Shown here in pieces: positions 9,415 through 20,471 of a stretch of DNA of 64,000 bases. The position numbers were made by a program, and so were the translations under genes. How positions within the stretch are numbered: the stretch's first letter is position 1; each line of letters begins with the position of its first letter. This DNA comes from Patescibacteria group bacterium (lineage in GTDB: Bacteria > Patescibacteriota > Minisyncoccia > JAHIHE01 > JAGLIN01): positions 76,478 through 140,477 of the forward strand of contig JARGGI010000002.1 in the NCBI GenBank assembly GCA_029210775.1, given 5' to 3'. Below the pieces are notes generated by a model. The model did not search any database, was not told the origin of the DNA, and was given only the letters and a program-made list of their open reading frames with translations.

Positions 9415-11379
9415 CTATTTCCAACATCTAAAAGTCGCAGTCGTGTGATTTGTTCTTAAATACCAATTTTGAAGATTAGCAGGATCCTGACCTAATCTAC
9501 AATTATATCCACCAACACCACCGCAAGGTCGCATTTCTTGAACAACTACATATGGTCCAGGCATTCCTATAGTATAACCCCTACCACAACAATTGCATCC
9601 ATCTTTTCCACAGCCAACAAGTTCACAACAAGCATATCCAGTTCTTGCGACACTTGTAGAATCACAAGCAGAAGAGGTTCCTCCAACTGGAGTTGGTGGC
9701 AAAGCAGTGCAAGCCTCCCAACCTGAACAACACTGATTACAGTTTTGTGTTCCAGCAACTGGAACCCCAGTACAATGCGCAGGCATTCCATCAAAAAATG
9801 TATCTTCACAATCTCTAATTCCAAAAGGAGCAGGAGCATTATAATCACAAACCTCCAATCCATTTACAATTCCGTCACCACAAAAAGTCGGGACTGTATT
9901 CAAATTACAATCAAATCTTGCCCAACTTCCATCTCCTAAAGGATCATTAAACCCAAAAAGAACCATGCCAGTATTAATAATAGTCCATGCAACAAAAACA
10001 ACAACAAATCCAAAGACAATTTTGTTCATATATTGTTTTGCAGATAGAAGCAAATTTGAATCTCCACCAGTTTTAACGTGAATAAATCCCGCAACAATAA
10101 TAGACAAAATTGTTATAAGAATAATCAATTCCATCAAAAAATTAATAACATTACTTGCTAAAACAACACTATGACAAATATTGCAAGACTCTGTCTCATT
10201 CCAAACAGTATCAAGATTATCAGTTATTCTTCCACAAGGAACCAATCCTCCTGAATTATCAAAAAGAGAAGTACAATCTAACGGATCGGGATTACATTTA
10301 CAATAAGAACAGCCTAATCCTCCACAAAAAGTAGCATCCGTTCCATCACATTGTTCATTACCATCATTTGCAGGACCACCCAGTCCAATATCATTTGGAA
10401 TTTGAGCAATATTATCACCACAATAAGTATTGCATGTGCAATCTGTATCACACCCATATCCCAAACATGCATTATTATCTATTCCATCACACTGTTCATT
10501 ACCGTCATTTGCAGGTCCGCCCGTTCCGGCATCATTAGGAGCTTGGATAACATCATCTCCACAAAAAGAAGGTGGAGCACACATCAATTCAATGTCGGGA
10601 TAATCCATATATTGGTTCCATTTTTGAGAAACAGACAAAAATCCGTTTGGATTATATAATTTTGTATTAGGTTCTGAAACTTCACAATCATCATATTCTG
10701 TGCAAGAAGCATCCACTTGAGTACATGTATTTCCAAAAATAGCTGCTGTCCAATTATAATAAGAAAGAATGGAAGGCAAGGGAGAAGGAGAAGAAGCACA
10801 AAGACAAGAATCTGAAACTCCCACAACACAAACATCACTAGAGGTTAATGGAAAAATATAAGAAGAGGTTCTTTGCCCATTCGTATCAGTTCTTATTTTG
10901 CATACACCAGATCCTCCACCAAGATCTATAGGTTCGAAATTTATTTCATAAGTTGTTCCCGCAACCAAAGACACAAAGCCATTTAGTACTAAAATATTAT
11001 TTCCAACAACACCACCTGCCCAATTATCAACTTCTAGGTCAATCGTATTTATAACCCAATTATTTGAACTAATATAAACATTAACTTTATTTCTTGAAGT
11101 AAAACAACTATTATCGCTTAGGTTGATATTAATTTTATTAATCAACATATCAGCTGCAGGAGTAAACTTAAAAAAAGATGTTACGGGATCTCCACTAGCA
11201 TCAAATCCAACTAGATCCAAGTTATTATCAGCTCCTCCATCTCCTTGTTGCATTAAATTATAATCAACACATTGAGCCGAAACATCATTAGTCGACAAAA
11301 CAAAAAAAGACACCAAAAAAACAAAAAGAAATGAAAATGAAATTCTTGTTATTTTTTTTGCAATATCTTTTGTGATCAT
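9415..11379 (-). CDS. large Cys-rich surface protein with tandem CGD..NDGNEQCDG repeats (Myxococcus-type Cys-rich repeat-like) and an internal 2-TM hairpin
   Basis: Track ORF is 9415..11463. The start was chosen at the Met that begins the signal peptide MITKDIAKKITRISFSFLFVFLVSFFVLSTNDVSA (ATG at 11379). Two tandem ~45-aa repeats (CGDDVIQAPNDAGTGGPANDGNEQCDGIDNNAC... and CGDNIAQIPNDIGLGGPANDGNEQCDGTDATFC...) and a third degenerate copy (FCGDGIVNGLEVCDY). Two hydrophobic helices (FLMELIILITILSIIVAGFIHV and IVFGFVVVFVAWTIINTGMVLFGF) are separated by a K-rich loop in the middle of the protein. Confidence 0.6.
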   Translation of the reverse strand: MITKDIAKKITRISFSFLFVFLVSFFVLSTNDVSAQCVDYNLMQQGDGGADNNLDLVGFDASGDPVTSFFKFTPAADMLINKININLSDNSCFTSRNKVNVYISSNNWVINTIDLEVDNWAGGVVGNNILVLNGFVSLVAGTTYEINFEPIDLGGGSGVCKIRTDTNGQRTSSYIFPLTSSDVCVVGVSDSCLCASSPSPLPSILSYYNWTAAIFGNTCTQVDASCTEYDDCEVSEPNTKLYNPNGFLSVSQKWNQYMDYPDIELMCAPPSFCGDDVIQAPNDAGTGGPANDGNEQCDGIDNNACLGYGCDTDCTCNTYCGDNIAQIPNDIGLGGPANDGNEQCDGTDATFCGGLGCSYCKCNPDPLDCTSLFDNSGGLVPCGRITDNLDTVWNETESCNICHSVVLASNVINFLMELIILITILSIIVAGFIHVKTGGDSNLLLSAKQYMNKIVFGFVVVFVAWTIINTGMVLFGFNDPLGDGSWARFDCNLNTVPTFCGDGIVNGLEVCDYNAPAPFGIRDCEDTFFDGMPAHCTGVPVAGTQNCNQCCSGWEACTALPPTPVGGTSSACDSTSVARTGYACCELVGCGKDGCNCCGRGYTIGMPGPYVVVQEMRPCGGVGGYNCRLGQDPANLQNWYLRTNHTTATFRCWK

Positions 11380-11555
11380 TTTTGTATTATAAATTTTATA
11401 TGACAGTTTTGCGCGCATAGTTACGGGATTGCCACGGTCATGTCTCCCTCTTAATAACAGCAATATGTCATATTTTACTAAACTCTAAAACTTTTTGGCA
11501 CTTCTTTTTCTTTCGGCAACGAAACGAAAGCGAAAAAGCTCCAAATTTATTCAAT

Positions 11556-12176
11556 TTACCCAACAAACTCCTTTACTTTTTTTCGCAATTCCTTTTTTAT
11601 CTTATCCCAATCCGCACTTTCAAGCATCAATGGCATTGGATCTTGCTCTGCGTCCTGAAAATAAATCAAGCTTTTCAGAATATGCAATTGACTGTATTTT
11701 ATCTCTTTGTATTTTTTATCAAAAAAAGATAAAATCTCTTTCAAAGAATATTTTTTAAGCAGAAAATATAAATCTATAAAATCCTTCTTGCTTCCTCTGC
11801 TTGAAATTGCGTCTATCTTCATGCAAGCAATATCTTGGGCACTTGCTAATTTTAAATTCTTGCCGTATTTGATTAAAGGAAACAGCATTTTATATTTATA
11901 TCCCAAAAAGCTGATTTTAACTCCGTTTATGCTTGCGTTTAAAGTTCTTTTTTCTTCGGAGTAAACTTTCAATTTCCCTATTTGCGTTAAAATGGTTTTT
12001 AATTCTTTCGTGAAAAAATCATTTTTTGAGAATAAATCAAGATCAATTGATTTTCTATGTCCCAATTGCAACGCCAAAGCAGTCCCGCCGGCCAAATAGA
12101 AATCTTTAATTATTTCTATTTTGTCTAACGATTCCAAAACGCACTTTGTTTTTGTATTGATGACTTTTTCGTACAT
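11556..12176 (-). CDS. nucleotidyltransferase, AbiEii/AbiGii toxin family-like (short form)
   Basis: 206 aa. N-terminal LAGGTALALQLGHRKSIDLDLF fits the Pol-beta NTase motif hG[GS]x9-13DhD and the GGTAL...RxSxDLDF pattern typical of AbiEii-family proteins. Confidence 0.55.
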   Translation of the reverse strand: MYEKVINTKTKCVLESLDKIEIIKDFYLAGGTALALQLGHRKSIDLDLFSKNDFFTKELKTILTQIGKLKVYSEEKRTLNASINGVKISFLGYKYKMLFPLIKYGKNLKLASAQDIACMKIDAISSRGSKKDFIDLYFLLKKYSLKEILSFFDKKYKEIKYSQLHILKSLIYFQDAEQDPMPLMLESADWDKIKKELRKKVKEFVG

Positions 12177-12415
12177 TTTTTATTAACTGACAAGTTAAAT
12201 ATAAGCTCCCAAAAATTAGCGTTTTTTTTATCGGGATAATTAATTTTCAAAGCCGCTTCTTTTATTTTTTCATACGGATAACGTTTCTTTAAAATATCAT
12301 AATCCTTCTTATCTCCAAACAACAAAACCCGCTTTATAATAAAATCAGCGTTCTCTTTATAGTCAAGATTTTCAAAATCAACATCCCAAAACAAATGTTT
12401 ATCTATTTTAGCCAT
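12125..12415 (-). CDS. small protein overlapping the AbiEii-like gene by 52 nt (putative cognate partner/antitoxin)
   Basis: 96 aa (MAKIDKHLFWDVDFENLDYKENADFIIKRVLLFGDKKDYDILKKRY...). The overlap implies translational coupling. The function call is inference from gene context. Confidence 0.35.
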   Translation of the reverse strand: MAKIDKHLFWDVDFENLDYKENADFIIKRVLLFGDKKDYDILKKRYPYEKIKEAALKINYPDKKNANFWELIFNLSVNKKCTKKSSIQKQSAFWNR

Positions 12416-12444
12416 ATTATAAATTATTTTATTTCAGACGCGTC

Positions 12445-13008
12445 CTAAAACTCCACTTTCAGAGTCTCTTTTTCTTTCGGCTCTTCAATCTCAAAAAATT
12501 CTCTTTTTTTAATATTTAAAATCCCAGCGACAATACTATCGGGAAAAACAAGAATCTTCGTGTTGAGATCGCGCACATTGCCATTGTAAAATCTTCTTGA
12601 CGCCTGAATTTTATTTTCCGTATCAGAAAGCTCTCTTTGCAGTTCAAGAAAATTCTCGTTGGCTTTTAACTGCGGATAATTCTCACTAACCGCGAACAAG
12701 CTTTTCAAAGCTCCAGAAAGCATATTTTCCGCTCCTGCTTTTGCCTCAGGATTTTGAGTATTCATTGCGTTTGCTCTTGCCTTTGTCACTTTTTCAAAAA
12801 GCTCTCTTTCATGAGTTGCATAACCTTTCACAGTATTGATGAGGTTTGGGATTAAGTCATATCTTCTTTTAAGCTGCACATCAATGTCGCTCCATGCTTC
12901 ATTTGTTCGAACTTGCAATCTAACAAGAGCGTTGTATATCATCACAAACCACAATACTACTGCCACAATGATGACCAAAAGCACGATTAAAATTAAATTT
13001 GTTTCCAT
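12445..13008 (-). CDS. lemA: LemA family protein
   Basis: N-terminal TM helix followed by MIYNALVRLQVRTNEAWSDIDVQLKRRYDLIPNLINTVKGYATHERELFEKVTKARA, the conserved LemA core. Confidence 0.8.
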   Translation of the reverse strand: METNLILIVLLVIIVAVVLWFVMIYNALVRLQVRTNEAWSDIDVQLKRRYDLIPNLINTVKGYATHERELFEKVTKARANAMNTQNPEAKAGAENMLSGALKSLFAVSENYPQLKANENFLELQRELSDTENKIQASRRFYNGNVRDLNTKILVFPDSIVAGILNIKKREFFEIEEPKEKETLKVEF

Positions 13009-13203
13009 ATGTTTTTCCTTTCTTTTTATTAATTAATTTTGATTATTCATAACTATTTAATAATATCCATTTTATAGAATAATATCATAAATTTATTATT
13101 TTATCAAAAAAAGTTATAAATATTAATCAAGGCCTTAAGAGACAGTTAGAATTATTAAGAGCCTCAGCAAGTTCTTTTTAATAGGACTTACAAATATAAT
13201 AAA

Positions 13204-13234
13204 AAAGACAGTCCTTATAAAAAGGACTGTCTTT
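13204..13234 (-). terminator. rho-independent terminator of groES-groEL
   Basis: aaagacagtcctt-ataaaa-aggactgtcttt inverted repeat directly downstream of the groEL stop. On the minus-strand RNA it is followed by UUUUUUAUUAUAUUU. Confidence 0.7.
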
Positions 13235-13257
13235 GGTTTAATGTTATAAATTAAAAA

Positions 13258-14943
<1,686 letters not shown>

Positions 14944-14950
14944 TTAATTA

Positions 14951-14985
14951 GATTGTCATTCTAAAACGAGTTCGGAATGACAATC
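14951..14985. repeat. minimal palindromic MITE-like unit in groES-groEL spacer
   Basis: gattgtcattc-taaaacgagttcg-gaatgacaatc: perfect 11-bp inverted termini TTGTCATTC/GAATGACAA, the same termini as the other dispersed elements. Confidence 0.6.
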
Positions 14986-15002
14986 TTATTTTTTGTTTAT
15001 TG

Positions 15003-15293
15003 TTATTCAACAACTGCCATTATATCTTCTTCAGAAACTACTAAATATTCTTTGTCATCAAGTTTAATCTCTGTTGGACTATATTTTGAAAATAATACAG
15101 TATCACCAACTTTTACATCAACCTTACTTCTACTTCCGTCTTTGTTGATTTTTCCTGAACCAACAGCAAGAACTTTTGCTTGCTCCGGTTTTTCTTTATC
15201 AACTGTATCAGGAATAATAATCCCGCTTTTGGTCACTTCTTCTTTTGAAGCAGCCTCTAAAATAATTTTATTTCCAAGAGGTCTTAGTTTCAT
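15003..15293 (-). CDS. groS: co-chaperonin GroES (Cpn10)
   Basis: 96 aa. MKLRPLGNKIILEAAS...AKVLAVGSGK...; lies immediately upstream of groEL. Confidence 0.95.
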   Translation of the reverse strand: MKLRPLGNKIILEAASKEEVTKSGIIIPDTVDKEKPEQAKVLAVGSGKINKDGSRSKVDVKVGDTVLFSKYSPTEIKLDDKEYLVVSEEDIMAVVE

Positions 15294-15364
15294 AAACTTA
15301 CCCTTTCTTTTTACTTGCGCCTTATGAATTGCATAACAAGTAAATTATTAAATTTATTAATTTA

Positions 15365-15391
15365 TTAGCACTCTGACTTATTGAGTGCTAA
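15365..15391 (-). promoter_or_regulatory. CIRCE element (HrcA operator) upstream of groES
   Basis: TTAGCACTC-tgacttatt-GAGTGCTAA. A perfect match to the CIRCE consensus TTAGCACTC-N9-GAGTGCTAA, 72 nt upstream of the groES ATG. Confidence 0.9.
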
Positions 15392-15395
15392 TAAT

Positions 15396-15423
15396 ATTAT
15401 ATTCGTTTAATAAAAAGTGTCAA
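15396..15423 (-). promoter_or_regulatory. sigma70-type promoter of groESL
   Basis: Minus strand reads TTGACA-(16 nt)-TATAAT (rc of tgtcaa at 15418-15423 and attata at 15396-15401). The predicted start falls inside CIRCE, the classic arrangement. Confidence 0.6.
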
Positions 15424-15470
15424 GAGAAAACTTTTAATAAAATACAAATATTTTTTCATATTAATTTGAA

Positions 15471-15502
15471 ATAAAAAAAGAGTGTAATAGAATTACTCTC
15501 TA
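15471..15502 (-). terminator. rho-independent terminator of the 15542..16612 gene
   Basis: Minus RNA: AGAGAGUAA-UUCUA-UUACACUCU followed by UUUUUUUAUUUC. Confidence 0.55.
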
Positions 15503-15541
15503 AATTTGATAGAACATTTTTGACGATACTATTATTCCTGA

Positions 15542-16612
15542 TTATACATTTAATCCCGAATCTTTTTGACTGGCAAATTCAAAAATTCCCAATTCTTTCA
15601 TTTTTTGATTAAACTCTGGAATGATGTGACTTTCATGCGAATCAGGATGAAATTCAAGCTGTTCGTTACTAATCGTGATTCGTCCACCCTTTTTCATATT
15701 AAGAGGATCTTTTTTTATTCTGTTTGTTTGAATTTCTGACATTTTCTTTTCAAAATAATCCCCCATTTTTCCAGATAAAGTAAATTCAAAAATTTTAGCA
15801 ATTAAAGAAAGCACCTTGCTTCTCTTGATGCTTCTCAATCCTTCAATTTCTGAAAATTCATAATTTTCAAGATATTTTTTCATCCACTCGTTTGCTTTTT
15901 GAAATTCTAAAAATAATTTTCTATCTTTATCACTATTATAAATGCTCAAAATGTGATAATAGAGCTGTGCTGTATAAAGACTTTCAAATGGAATTCGGAG
16001 AGACTTATCAGTAATATAATGATTCAGACATATCATATCTTCGGTTTTATTTTTATGTCTTCTAACTCTCAAGAGAGACGTTAAGAGAGTAAAAAATGTT
16101 CGAACAGTCCATATTTTCCCCTTTTTTGCAACAATCATCAAATCTACATCCGAATCTTTTCTGGGATTTCCAAGGGAAAAAGACCCACTTCCCATAACCA
16201 ACTTTGCAAATGGCACGATTTGCATAATCCAAAATATCTTCTTCGATTTTTTCCATTTACTATCCCAAATTTTTTTTCGATTTAATCTCTGCTCAACAAT
16301 TTCATCTCGTCCTTTTAAAAAATAAAACCCAAAGTTCTGATCTAAATTATTTTTTAGATATTCGCTGATATTCAATAATTCAATAACTTCTGAGAAAGAT
16401 TCACTTGTATAAGGAAGTGATAATGACCGTAACAATTTCGTATTTAAATTCATATGCATATTATTTTGGTATTGCTTCGACGATTTCTCCTTACAATGAC
16501 AATCCTTAATCAAATAAAAAAAAATCTCAAAGCTAGTGAGAGGATAATTCAAAATATCATAATAAACAACGGTCGCGAGGATTTGTTTTTCTAAGATTGT
16601 TGAAGTTGACAT
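15542..16612 (-). CDS. stand-alone Pol-beta-superfamily nucleotidyltransferase-domain protein (unknown function)
   Basis: 356 aa. Central LVMGSGSFSLGNPRKDSDVDLMIV fits GSx9-11[DS]DxDh. About 140-aa N-terminal and 190-aa C-terminal regions with no recognisable motifs. Monocistronic: own terminator, separated from groES by a promoter. Confidence 0.45.
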   Translation of the reverse strand: MSTSTILEKQILATVVYYDILNYPLTSFEIFFYLIKDCHCKEKSSKQYQNNMHMNLNTKLLRSLSLPYTSESFSEVIELLNISEYLKNNLDQNFGFYFLKGRDEIVEQRLNRKKIWDSKWKKSKKIFWIMQIVPFAKLVMGSGSFSLGNPRKDSDVDLMIVAKKGKIWTVRTFFTLLTSLLRVRRHKNKTEDMICLNHYITDKSLRIPFESLYTAQLYYHILSIYNSDKDRKLFLEFQKANEWMKKYLENYEFSEIEGLRSIKRSKVLSLIAKIFEFTLSGKMGDYFEKKMSEIQTNRIKKDPLNMKKGGRITISNEQLEFHPDSHESHIIPEFNQKMKELGIFEFASQKDSGLNV

Positions 16613-16757
16613 ATTTTTGATTATTTGATAGGATAAGCCGTTAATTTTTTGTAAAAATTTACAAGACAGACTGCTTTAAAAAAAGCAATTTGCAAATTAA
16701 AAATTTGACTAATAAACAAATGGAAGAACAAGGTAAATGCTCTAAATAACATTTGAA

Positions 16758-17030
16758 GTGATAGCTGGAATAATATTTATTCTTTTGGGAATAATAGGAA
16801 TAATTGTTCTTTTAAATGTAGCAATAGCGAGGGTCATATTTTTCGAAAAACTTAAAGGAAAAGAGTTTTATTATAGTATGGTTTTTCTATTTGTCCTAAT
16901 TTCAATATTTGGGACATGTCTTGTGATTGCCGAATTAACAGGAGGATTGCTAGAAGAAATGAGTGCGTTTGATAGAAGCTATATGCCACCAGAGGATTCA
17001 CCATCGATAATTAAAAATAATCAATATTGA
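16758..17030 (+). CDS. small 2-TM membrane protein (hypothetical)
   Basis: 90 aa with two hydrophobic helices. No motif recognised. Confidence 0.3.
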   Translation: MIAGIIFILLGIIGIIVLLNVAIARVIFFEKLKGKEFYYSMVFLFVLISIFGTCLVIAELTGGLLEEMSAFDRSYMPPEDSPSIIKNNQY

Positions 17031-17046
17031 AAACAACCTTTGCTAT

Positions 17047-17250
17047 ATGGCCACAACACCATATAATGATGTTAATTTAGTAGATCAACATTATTATAGG
17101 ATCCCAATTGAAAAAATTGAGGATTTTAACAGTATGAAAATTGGAACCATTGTCATTAACGACAATGGCGTTCTAAAGCCATTTAAACTTAATTATAGAA
17201 TTAATCCCTGCCCCTTTCATTTTTTTAAGGGGTTTATTTTTTTATTCTAA
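17047..17250 (+). CDS. small hypothetical protein
   Basis: 67-aa ORF. No motif. May be spurious. Confidence 0.2.
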   Translation: MATTPYNDVNLVDQHYYRIPIEKIEDFNSMKIGTIVINDNGVLKPFKLNYRINPCPFHFFKGFIFLF

Positions 17251-17321
17251 AATAATTCCCAAAACTAAATTCAGGATTTCCACGGACTAATCGCCCTCAC
17301 AATGACAAAATATAACAAAAT

Positions 17322-20129
17322 CTAAATAACCTCTTTCAAATACTTCCCTGTCCAACTTTCTTTAACTTTTATAACTTGCTTAGGTGTGCCTTCGGCAACA
17401 ATTTGTCCACCCTTGTCCCCTCCTTCAGGACCAAGATCAATAATCCAATCAGCACATTTTACCACTTCAAGATTATGTTCAATAACAAGAACTGTATTTC
17501 CTCTGTCAACTAATTTATTCAAAACTCCAAGAAGTTTTCTTGTGTCTTCAAAGTGAAGTCCTACAGTTGGTTCATCAAGAATATACAAGGTCTTTCCTTC
17601 TTTTACTGGTCTCGCCAATTCTGTGGAAAGCTTGATTCTTTGAGCTTCTCCCCCAGAAAGAGTTGTAGCGCTTTGCCCCAATCTCATATAACCAAGTCCC
17701 ACATCATTCAGAACTGACAATTTGCTATATAAAACAGGGATATCTTTGAAAAAGCCTAAAGCTTGTTTTATAGACATATCCAAAACTTCTGAAATTTTAA
17801 TCCCTTTATATTCCACTTCCAAAGTTTCGCTGTTATATCTTTTACCCTGACACTGTTCACACTCAACATAAACATCAGGTAGGAAATACATTTCAATTTT
17901 TGTCACTCCGTCACCCTTACAATTTTCACATCTTCCACCCTTCACATTAAAACTGAAATGTCCTGCTTTGTATTTTCTACTTTTTGATTCATTTGTTGCA
18001 GCAAATAAATCTCTAATATGAGTGAAAATTCCAGTATATGTCGCGGGATTACTTCTCGGAGTTCTTCCTATCGGAGACTGATCAATACTTATTATTTTGC
18101 TTATTTTTCTGTCACCAATTATGGCTTCATATTTTCCTGGCTCACTTTGAGCTCTGTGAAGTTTTTTAAGTAAGGCTTTTGAAAGAATATCATTTATGAG
18201 TGTAGATTTTCCACTGCCTGAAACTCCTGTCACACATACAAATTTGCCAAGAGGAATTTTAACATCAATATTTTTCAAATTATTTTCGCTGGCACCTTTT
18301 ATGGTTATCTCATAACCATTTCCCTTTCTTTGTTTTTTTGGAATTTCAATTTTTCTTCTTCCAGAAAGATAGCAACCTGTAATGCATTCAACTTTCATAA
18401 TTTGGCTCAGAGTTCCTTGTGCAACAACCTCTCCACCAGATTCTCCTGACTTTGGACCAATATCAATAATCCAATCAGCGTTTCGAATGAAAAAATCATC
18501 ATGTTCAACTACTAAAACTGAATTACCAAGATCTCTGAGTTTTTTCATTGCATCAAGCAATTTATTATTATCTTTTCTGTGAAGACCTATTGACGGCTCA
18601 TCTAAAACATAAAGAATTCCGCGCAATTTTGAGCTTAGCTGAGTTGCAAGTTTTATCCTTCTTGCTTCTCCGGCTGAAAGAGTTTCAGAAGATCTTGAAA
18701 GAGAAAGATATTCAAGTCCAATATCTTCAAGAAGCTTGAGTCTTTTTATAATTTCTTCAATTATCTGTTTTGATTTTTCCTGATGAGACTTAAGCAGTTT
18801 TTGAAAAAATGCAATCTCTTCAGAAATGGTCATTTTGTTTATATCACTAATTGATTTTCCATTAATTTTTACAGCAAGAGCATCCTTATTAAGCCTGTCT
18901 CCAAAACAACTTGGGCAAAGCTTTTTTGTCATATATTTCTCCAGCTCATTTCTTATATATTCAGAATTTGTTTCATAATATTTTTGCTCAAGAATTTTGA
19001 CAGCTCCAAGAAAAACATCTCCTTTAAAATTCTCTGCTTTTTTAGGTCCATAATAAACTATTTCTAAATCTTTTTTACTCATTTTTTCAACTGGGATGTT
19101 TATGTTAACATTATATTTTTTATTAATATATTTCAAAACTGCAACATATTCATCCCATTTATTCAATAAATTAGCCCAAGGCCTAATTGCTCCCTCTAAA
19201 AGAGTTAAAGATTTATTAGGAATAATAAGATCAAAATCTATCTCAAGCTTAACACCAAGACCAGTACAATTATTGCAAGCGCCATAGGGACTATTAAATG
19301 AAAAAAGTTTAGGTTCTATGCCAGAAAAAGTGGTTTTACAATTTTTACAATAGAGATGATTTGAAAAGAAAAATTCTTTATTTTCATCTTCCTGCAAAGA
19401 AAAATAGTTTATCACAACAAAACCAGAAGAAAGATTTATAGCCGTTTCCACGGAATCTAAAATGCTTTCATAACTTACTTTGTTTTCAGAAAAAGAAAAC
19501 CTATCCACAACAATATCAATATCGTGAGGCTTGTCTTCTTGAATATCATCTTTTAACGCTTCTTTTATTAATTTTATTTCACCATCAATCCTAATTCTTT
19601 GATATCCAGATTTATCGTATTTTTTAATCAAAGAATAGCAATTAGTAATTTCTTTTTGCAAAACTGGGGCCATAATTATAACACGAGAATCCTTGGGAAA
19701 ATCATTTATAATATCCACTATTTTTCCAGAACTTTGTTTGCTCAACTCTCCGTCACATTTTGTACAATGTGCTTCTCCAACAGATGAAAAAAATATTCTC
19801 AAATAGTTATAAATTTCAGTCATTGTTCCAACAGTTGAACGAGGAGTTTTGGCAGCGCTCTTATCGTCAATCGAAATCGCTGGAGACAAACCTTCAATTT
19901 GATCTACGTCTGGTTTGCTCATAAAATTCATAAACTGCTTCGGATAGTTTGAAATGTTCTCTAAATATCTTCTCTGCCCTTCGGCATAAATTGTATCAAA
20001 AGCAAGCGATGATTTTCCAGAACCAGAAGGACCAGTTATAACCACTAATTTTTCTCTTGGTATGTCTATATTGACATTCTTCAAATTATGAACTCGAGCT
20101 CCTCTTATGATTATTTTTTCTTTTGTCAT
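17322..20129 (-). CDS. uvrA: excinuclease ABC subunit A
   Basis: 935 aa. [55 protein letters not shown]. Two ABC ATPase modules and Zn-finger CxxC pairs. Confidence 0.97.
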   Translation of the reverse strand: MTKEKIIIRGARVHNLKNVNIDIPREKLVVITGPSGSGKSSLAFDTIYAEGQRRYLENISNYPKQFMNFMSKPDVDQIEGLSPAISIDDKSAAKTPRSTVGTMTEIYNYLRIFFSSVGEAHCTKCDGELSKQSSGKIVDIINDFPKDSRVIIMAPVLQKEITNCYSLIKKYDKSGYQRIRIDGEIKLIKEALKDDIQEDKPHDIDIVVDRFSFSENKVSYESILDSVETAINLSSGFVVINYFSLQEDENKEFFFSNHLYCKNCKTTFSGIEPKLFSFNSPYGACNNCTGLGVKLEIDFDLIIPNKSLTLLEGAIRPWANLLNKWDEYVAVLKYINKKYNVNINIPVEKMSKKDLEIVYYGPKKAENFKGDVFLGAVKILEQKYYETNSEYIRNELEKYMTKKLCPSCFGDRLNKDALAVKINGKSISDINKMTISEEIAFFQKLLKSHQEKSKQIIEEIIKRLKLLEDIGLEYLSLSRSSETLSAGEARRIKLATQLSSKLRGILYVLDEPSIGLHRKDNNKLLDAMKKLRDLGNSVLVVEHDDFFIRNADWIIDIGPKSGESGGEVVAQGTLSQIMKVECITGCYLSGRRKIEIPKKQRKGNGYEITIKGASENNLKNIDVKIPLGKFVCVTGVSGSGKSTLINDILSKALLKKLHRAQSEPGKYEAIIGDRKISKIISIDQSPIGRTPRSNPATYTGIFTHIRDLFAATNESKSRKYKAGHFSFNVKGGRCENCKGDGVTKIEMYFLPDVYVECEQCQGKRYNSETLEVEYKGIKISEVLDMSIKQALGFFKDIPVLYSKLSVLNDVGLGYMRLGQSATTLSGGEAQRIKLSTELARPVKEGKTLYILDEPTVGLHFEDTRKLLGVLNKLVDRGNTVLVIEHNLEVVKCADWIIDLGPEGGDKGGQIVAEGTPKQVIKVKESWTGKYLKEVI

Positions 20130-20471
20130 ATTTTGTTTGATAAATAAACTGTCTAAAATTGTATCACAATTTCAGAATAAATCAAGGGGGAGCGGTATTA
20201 AGTATAAAATACTAATACATTTATTTAATTATAAAATTATGATAGAATGAGAATATCAGAAGCTATACACTTCTACTATTCCGACTGAAGCAGATGTAAA
20301 ATGAAAAAATCTATAAGCATAAAGTACTCATATATATAAATGTATTATAAGACGCGCTTTATCCACTAACAAATTTCTTAACTCCTGTCTTCATTCAAAA
20401 TGATAAATTCAAACACATAATTACTAAATATAAATAACTATAATCTTTTTAAACAAATTAAAAATAAAACC

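Noticed and set aside
9415-11463. Using the first ATG (11463) as the start of the giant Cys-rich protein
   Set aside because: The first 28 codons (MLLLRGRHDRGNPVTMRAKLSYKIYNTK) are translated from a GC-rich MITE-like repeat unit (acgggattgccacggtcatg). A canonical signal peptide begins at the Met at 11379.
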